Virus record (IMG/VR): IMGVR_UViG_2531839450_000010
Location: 1-40,942 of that record
Direction: 5' to 3' (one strand)
Length of the DNA: 40,942 nucleotides
Source: a virus
Lineage: Duplodnaviria; Heunggongvirae; Uroviricota; Caudoviricetes
The position numbers and the translations under genes are program-made. The notes beneath the pieces were generated by a model. It ran no database searches and was not told the origin of the DNA. It worked only from the letters and a program-made list of their open reading frames with translations. Position 1 is the first letter of the stretch. Each line of letters starts with the position of its first letter. Shown here piece after piece: positions 36,502 to 40,942 of this stretch.

Positions 36502-37317
36502 TTAGCCAAGGCGCTTACGGCGCAGTTTCATTGACTTTTTGCGGGCAAGTTTTGCCGCACCCGTCTGGGCTTTTCGACGCGCTTTTTTCAGCGCCGATTT
36601 TTGAGCCGCAGTCAGACGTTTTTTACGCAGGCGTTTACGGATGAGTTTGATCTCACCGTTACGAACAACCTTCTTAAATGCTTCAGTCAGCATTTCATCA
36701 GAAGTGCCAGCAACAACAAACGCCGCTTCCAGTTCGTCACGGTCGTCGCTATCTAAACCAGCGATAGAGGCACCAACATCAGCAGCTGCGTCGTCGTCTT
36801 CATCGTCAGCCAGTGCTTCGATCAGGTCATCATCTACACCGCATGCTGCGAGGAAGTCAGCAACATTTGCCCATGCTTCGTTATAGGCATCGTCCTGTTC
36901 TTCTGTAACTTCGGAGTCGTCGTCATCAGAGATACCAGCGATAGCCTGAACGAAACCATCAAGGGAGTCGAAAGTCAGATCACCGCTATCAGCCCAGGCG
37001 AAAACGGCGTCGGCCGCATCACTCAACGCATTCTGCATAGCACTTCGATTTGCAGCTTCCAGAATCATCTGGTGCGCCTGTTCGACGGTCCATTCTTTAC
37101 CGTCTTTCCCTTCCAGGATTTGCTCAGGAGCCGGGGCAGATGGAACGTTATCGTTAGTCTGTGCCGCCGGTTCCGGATTATTATTAATAACCGGATCTGT
37201 TGGCGGTTCGGCGCTTGCTCGGGCAGACTCCATCAGCTGCACAGGATCAGAGTTCAAAGCGAAACGAGACAGTCCATTCCCCAAAAATGCCCCGGATTGA
37301 AAAAAGTTTTTGCTCAT
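36502..37317 (-). CDS. Acidic protein with a strongly basic C-terminal tail (scaffold/internal virion protein candidate)
   Basis: 271 aa; Asp/Glu-rich middle (DDDDSEVTEEQDD, DDEDDD) and a Lys/Arg-rich C-terminus (KLIRKRLRKKRL...RRKRLG). Confidence 0.35.
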   Translation of the reverse strand: MSKNFFQSGAFLGNGLSRFALNSDPVQLMESARASAEPPTDPVINNNPEPAAQTNDNVPSAPAPEQILEGKDGKEWTVEQAHQMILEAANRSAMQNALSDAADAVFAWADSGDLTFDSLDGFVQAIAGISDDDDSEVTEEQDDAYNEAWANVADFLAACGVDDDLIEALADDEDDDAAADVGASIAGLDSDDRDELEAAFVVAGTSDEMLTEAFKKVVRNGEIKLIRKRLRKKRLTAAQKSALKKARRKAQTGAAKLARKKSMKLRRKRLG

Positions 37318-37326
37318 TGTATTCCC

Positions 37327-38916
37327 TTACTTAATAAGCAGCGGTACGCCCTGGATACGACGGGCTACGCCAGTCGGGCAGCAGGCCCAGACTACTTCCC
37401 ATTTATCGAATTCCGCCTGCGTAACTTTCAGCACATACGGTTCTGTACCGTCAGCATCAGGATCACGAGGAGCCACCAGAGCGCCGGAGGCGACAAAGCG
37501 ATCCAAAAGTTTGGTCATCCCTTTAGTCAGACCAGCGGCAGTAATACCGTCAGGGCTATGCTTCATCTGGCGGGCTAACTGGACAAAGAAACGGCTGATT
37601 GCATTCATCAGGGATGGGACGTGCTGGAAGTGCAGATAGTTATCCTGCGTGCAGCAAGTTAAAGCATCGTCGATGATCATCTGGCCAGAGGTGCCAACAG
37701 ATACTTTATTGAGGCGGCCCTTAACCATTGCTTCTTCGTCCGGGGTATCTTCCGGATACAGCGGTTGAATTGACGCACGAGCAATGACGGCACGTTCTTC
37801 ACCAGCCGGTGAGTAATGCCAACCGCCGACATCAGAGTTTTTCTTGACGCCACGAGCTTTCGCCGCATACGCCGCGCCAGACAGACCGAAGACCACACGG
37901 GATTGGGTCCATTTGTCTTTGCAGGAGAACGGGAAGTGATAGACAGCACAGCTTACATAATCGGTACCAAGTAAACCGGTATCTTCAACAGCAGAGAGCG
38001 CTTCCGTATACGTCAATGTCGGTTTGACATCAAAGAAGCCATCAATCAGGCGATCAGAACAAATATTACCTAACGCGGTGATCGCCGCATTGTCATAGCA
38101 ACCCAGGCCGAGAACAGCGGTGTACATGTACGGCGCATTGTTCAGCACTTTCACCGCACGCAGGTACGCAGCGGTTGAGATTTTCGACTGATCACCATTG
38201 GTACCACCAGTGAACGCCAACGATTTTTTGTTTGTTACTTTCGCTGTAGAAATCAGATCTTCATTAACAACCGCGCGCAGATATTTAGAACGGGCTTCCA
38301 GAGCCGTAGGCAGATAACACAAGCGGCCCATGTCATCTTTCGCTTCTTCCGCCAAAGACACAGTGTGTGTCTCCAGGGTCGTTACCACACCGAGCGAAGT
38401 CGTCTGGGTCAGTTTTAAGAGGAAGCGTTCATTACCCGCGCTGTCCGCTGTTGCCGTTTCGATGGTTAACTCACGGGTAGGTGAAATACACGGATCACCA
38501 TCATCAACGTAGATAGCAAAGGCTTCGCCGCTATCAAGTTCAATTTCAGAACCGTATGGCAACGCACTGTAAGCCGGTTCGCCTGATTCATCGAACATAA
38601 TAATCGGGAACTTCGCATCATCCGGAACAGCACGGACAACATAACCAGACGTTTGCTGAATAGCTTCGTACACATGGCGAATTGGTTCGAACTGTGAGCC
38701 GGAAGACGGCTTCAGCGGTTCGCCGAGAACATCTTCGTAATTGGACTCAGTAACCGCAAGAACAGTAAACGGCTTGCCACGCGCAAATACGCCAATACCA
38801 GCCCACAAGCTGCTATTTAATGCAACACCGGTAGATAACGTCGCATCGGCATTGATCGGGCTAACCGCGACGCCGGATGCATTACCTAATGACTGTTGAA
38901 TTGAATATTGAGACAT
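37327..38916 (-). CDS. Contractile tail sheath-like protein
   Basis: 529 aa, sheath-sized, sitting between the capsid-like gene and the tube-sized genes; no motif verified. Confidence 0.45.
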   Translation of the reverse strand: MSQYSIQQSLGNASGVAVSPINADATLSTGVALNSSLWAGIGVFARGKPFTVLAVTESNYEDVLGEPLKPSSGSQFEPIRHVYEAIQQTSGYVVRAVPDDAKFPIIMFDESGEPAYSALPYGSEIELDSGEAFAIYVDDGDPCISPTRELTIETATADSAGNERFLLKLTQTTSLGVVTTLETHTVSLAEEAKDDMGRLCYLPTALEARSKYLRAVVNEDLISTAKVTNKKSLAFTGGTNGDQSKISTAAYLRAVKVLNNAPYMYTAVLGLGCYDNAAITALGNICSDRLIDGFFDVKPTLTYTEALSAVEDTGLLGTDYVSCAVYHFPFSCKDKWTQSRVVFGLSGAAYAAKARGVKKNSDVGGWHYSPAGEERAVIARASIQPLYPEDTPDEEAMVKGRLNKVSVGTSGQMIIDDALTCCTQDNYLHFQHVPSLMNAISRFFVQLARQMKHSPDGITAAGLTKGMTKLLDRFVASGALVAPRDPDADGTEPYVLKVTQAEFDKWEVVWACCPTGVARRIQGVPLLIK

Positions 38917-38976
38917 AACTTTCCCTGTTATGCGCCCCGCACGGGGGCGCTATGTTAAACGGAGAACTTCCCCTGA

Positions 38977-40683
38977 TTACTCAGAGTCACCGGCATCAAT
39001 CGTGTCGCCGCTTATGAAGTTAAGCCCGCCTTTTTTGGCCATTGTCAGCGTTACACGAGTGAAGTAATCAGCGCCGTTGCGTGGGTGCATATCGTTGATA
39101 GCCGAACCCCACAGCGTGGTACGGTTGACCAGCGCCGGAGTGGTCGGATGCTGGAACGGGATGGCCGGGACAGCATCACCAGTCACGAAGCCTGCTTTAC
39201 CTGGATTTTCATCACGGACGTAGCACAGCACATCCATCGAGCTGAACTGAATGTTCTCTGTCGTTAAGTTCTTACAAATACCAGCAGGTACTTCGTACAC
39301 TTTCACGTTACCGAACAGGGTACCGATGTAGTGAACATACGGAGTCTGGATATAGTCTTCGGCTGGCTGGAAGAAATCCTTCGGCAACTGTTTGAAGAAA
39401 GATGCTGCATCAGCACCAGCAAACATCCCCATCGCACCAGAAGATTTAACGCGCTCAATAATGTCGCGATATACAGTCTGGAATTTGCCACGAATGATGG
39501 TTGCCCATACATCAAAGGACTGGTTAACCGGCAGAGCGATGTCAAAGGTGTCGGTCGCAAGAGTACGCCAGATCATGATGCGAAGACGCAGCATATCCTG
39601 TTCATGAGACAGGTATTCCTTCAGGGTGCGGAACTGTAGGGAACCCAGGTCCAGACCAAATTCACGCTGTGCTTCATACGCCGCCTGTACCGTGTGCTCA
39701 GCCGCGATAACGAACTGGCTTGGGAACAGGGTGTATTTCTTCATTTCGTGGTTGATCAGCGGGATCAGCTCAGGAGCGGCTTCAATATTGATTTCCGTCT
39801 CAATTGCGATCTCAGTGCCTTTATCCGGCGCTTTGGAGAACGACAGGGCAATCTGACCAATGTTGTAGTTCAGAGAGCAGGTAACAGTGATTTGCTCACC
39901 AGCAGCATTAGTAAACGAGTGAAGTAGGCTGCCGGAACCGTTATCAACAACAGACTTAATACGGTTAACGTAGATATTAGTGCGACCTTTTCGGATTGGT
40001 ACATTCTGGCCTTCGAAGTCTTCCATCTTGAAGGTTGCGGTTTTGCTGGTGCCATCGGAGCTTGCCACCAGCACATAGCGGCGGCGTAACTGGCTGTACA
40101 CACCGACGGATTGCATGTCCAGAACATCACCAGCAGCATAAGAACCAAAAGAGGAACCTGCCACGTTAAAGACTTCATAGATGTCGGACTGGTCACGCGT
40201 AACCGGAATGAAGGTACACGCATCAGCGGTAGCTGCCCCCAACTGAACAGGCAGGATCATCGCGAGGAATAAAGGCAGACGCATAACACCGTCAGAAACG
40301 CTCATCATCTCTGCTGCGACAGATTCCAGCATCGCTTTATTAGTGGCATCCATGCTGTTGCGGGTGGACTCAATCAGGCAGTTTTCCAGCGTCTGGTGGC
40401 AGGAGGCCAGAATTTCCGGACGCGGCATAGATTTATGTGCTGCGGCGTAGTCAGCCAGTGCACTTGCCCACGCTGTAGCGATTTGAGCGGTGGCATTATC
40501 AGAGATACCCGCAAAAACCGGGTCTTTACGTGCAGCTTCAAGGATAGATGCGGCACGCGCGGCATCATCTTTAATGAATTGGTTATCAGTACCGAACTGC
40601 GCAGTGCTTGCCCAGCCAAGCACAGCTTTAGAGCGTTTTGCGATATCTGCAATACGATTCTGGTATTCGCGTAAGTTACTCAA
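38977..40683 (-). CDS. Major head (capsid) protein precursor candidate
   Basis: Probable TTG start at 40683 with an AAGGAAG RBS 6 nt upstream (the track start at 40704 is upstream of the RBS). About 568 aa, consistent with a capsid precursor with an N-terminal propeptide of roughly 62 kDa. Confidence 0.45.
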   Translation of the reverse strand: MSNLREYQNRIADIAKRSKAVLGWASTAQFGTDNQFIKDDAARAASILEAARKDPVFAGISDNATAQIATAWASALADYAAAHKSMPRPEILASCHQTLENCLIESTRNSMDATNKAMLESVAAEMMSVSDGVMRLPLFLAMILPVQLGAATADACTFIPVTRDQSDIYEVFNVAGSSFGSYAAGDVLDMQSVGVYSQLRRRYVLVASSDGTSKTATFKMEDFEGQNVPIRKGRTNIYVNRIKSVVDNGSGSLLHSFTNAAGEQITVTCSLNYNIGQIALSFSKAPDKGTEIAIETEINIEAAPELIPLINHEMKKYTLFPSQFVIAAEHTVQAAYEAQREFGLDLGSLQFRTLKEYLSHEQDMLRLRIMIWRTLATDTFDIALPVNQSFDVWATIIRGKFQTVYRDIIERVKSSGAMGMFAGADAASFFKQLPKDFFQPAEDYIQTPYVHYIGTLFGNVKVYEVPAGICKNLTTENIQFSSMDVLCYVRDENPGKAGFVTGDAVPAIPFQHPTTPALVNRTTLWGSAINDMHPRNGADYFTRVTLTMAKKGGLNFISGDTIDAGDSE

Positions 40684-40698
40684 TTTACTCTTCCTTAA

Positions 40699-40842
40699 AC
40701 ACAAGGCACTTGTGTGAATCCCTTTTCGGAAGAGATTTTATTGAAAGTCACTTGTTGACTTTCTCGTGACAAGCAATTTTTTATTTTTTTCGGGAGTAGG
40801 GGAAGAAGGTAAAATCCAAGGTGAAATCGTGGCGATTTCACC
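40699..40842. promoter_or_regulatory. Upstream region of the capsid operon carrying three palindromes
   Basis: ACACAAG-GCA-CTTGTGT (40699..40715), GAAAGTCA-CTTGT-TGACTTTC (40743..40763) and GGTGAAATCG-TGG-CGATTTCACC (40820..40842). Confidence 0.4.
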
Positions 40843-40942
40843 TTGAAATTTTAGATGGATTTACTTTAAAAACAGCAGGTTAATAGTGAAATTTGAATGG
40901 CGAAAGTTTAAGGCTTCGGCTTTTTATCGAGGCTCTTTCTAA

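Noticed and set aside
40702-40704. Track start codon (TTG) for the capsid-like gene
   Set aside because: It lies upstream of the only good Shine-Dalgarno sequence; the in-frame TTG at 40683 is correctly spaced from AAGGAAG.

Overview
The window reads as a contiguous piece of a P1-like temperate myovirus (phage-plasmid type), with no integrase, att site, tRNA, CRISPR array or IS element visible. Landmarks recognised from the translated ORFs are a signal-arrest-release endolysin (P1 Lyz-type), a phage SSB, an Lc/NmpC-type porin cargo gene, a dar antirestriction-like operon behind holin/antiholin genes, a Cin-family serine invertase abutting a ~3.9 kb invertible tail-fibre segment with recognisable crossover sites, a large SLT-domain injection protein (Sit-like) with baseplate genes, the immI module (icd, ant1/ant2, kilA, repL) with C1-operator-like 17-mers, and a sheath/capsid block. 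The points most worth follow-up are two homopolymer-associated frameshifts (tail fibre and repL), a ~20-residue motif shared between Sit and a signal-peptide protein beside immI, a poly-Asp protein at the end of the dar operon, the porin cargo with its 740 bp AT-rich upstream region, and a small island (ParA-like ATPase, 95-aa protein, 198-aa protein) between repL and the tail genes. I could not identify a clearly novel multi-gene system with confidence; the candidates above are the best leads. All P1 gene-name assignments beyond lyz, ssb, cin, the porin and the tail-fibre module rest on recalled sizes and gene order, not on a database search, and coordinates of sites counted by hand may be off by a base or two.
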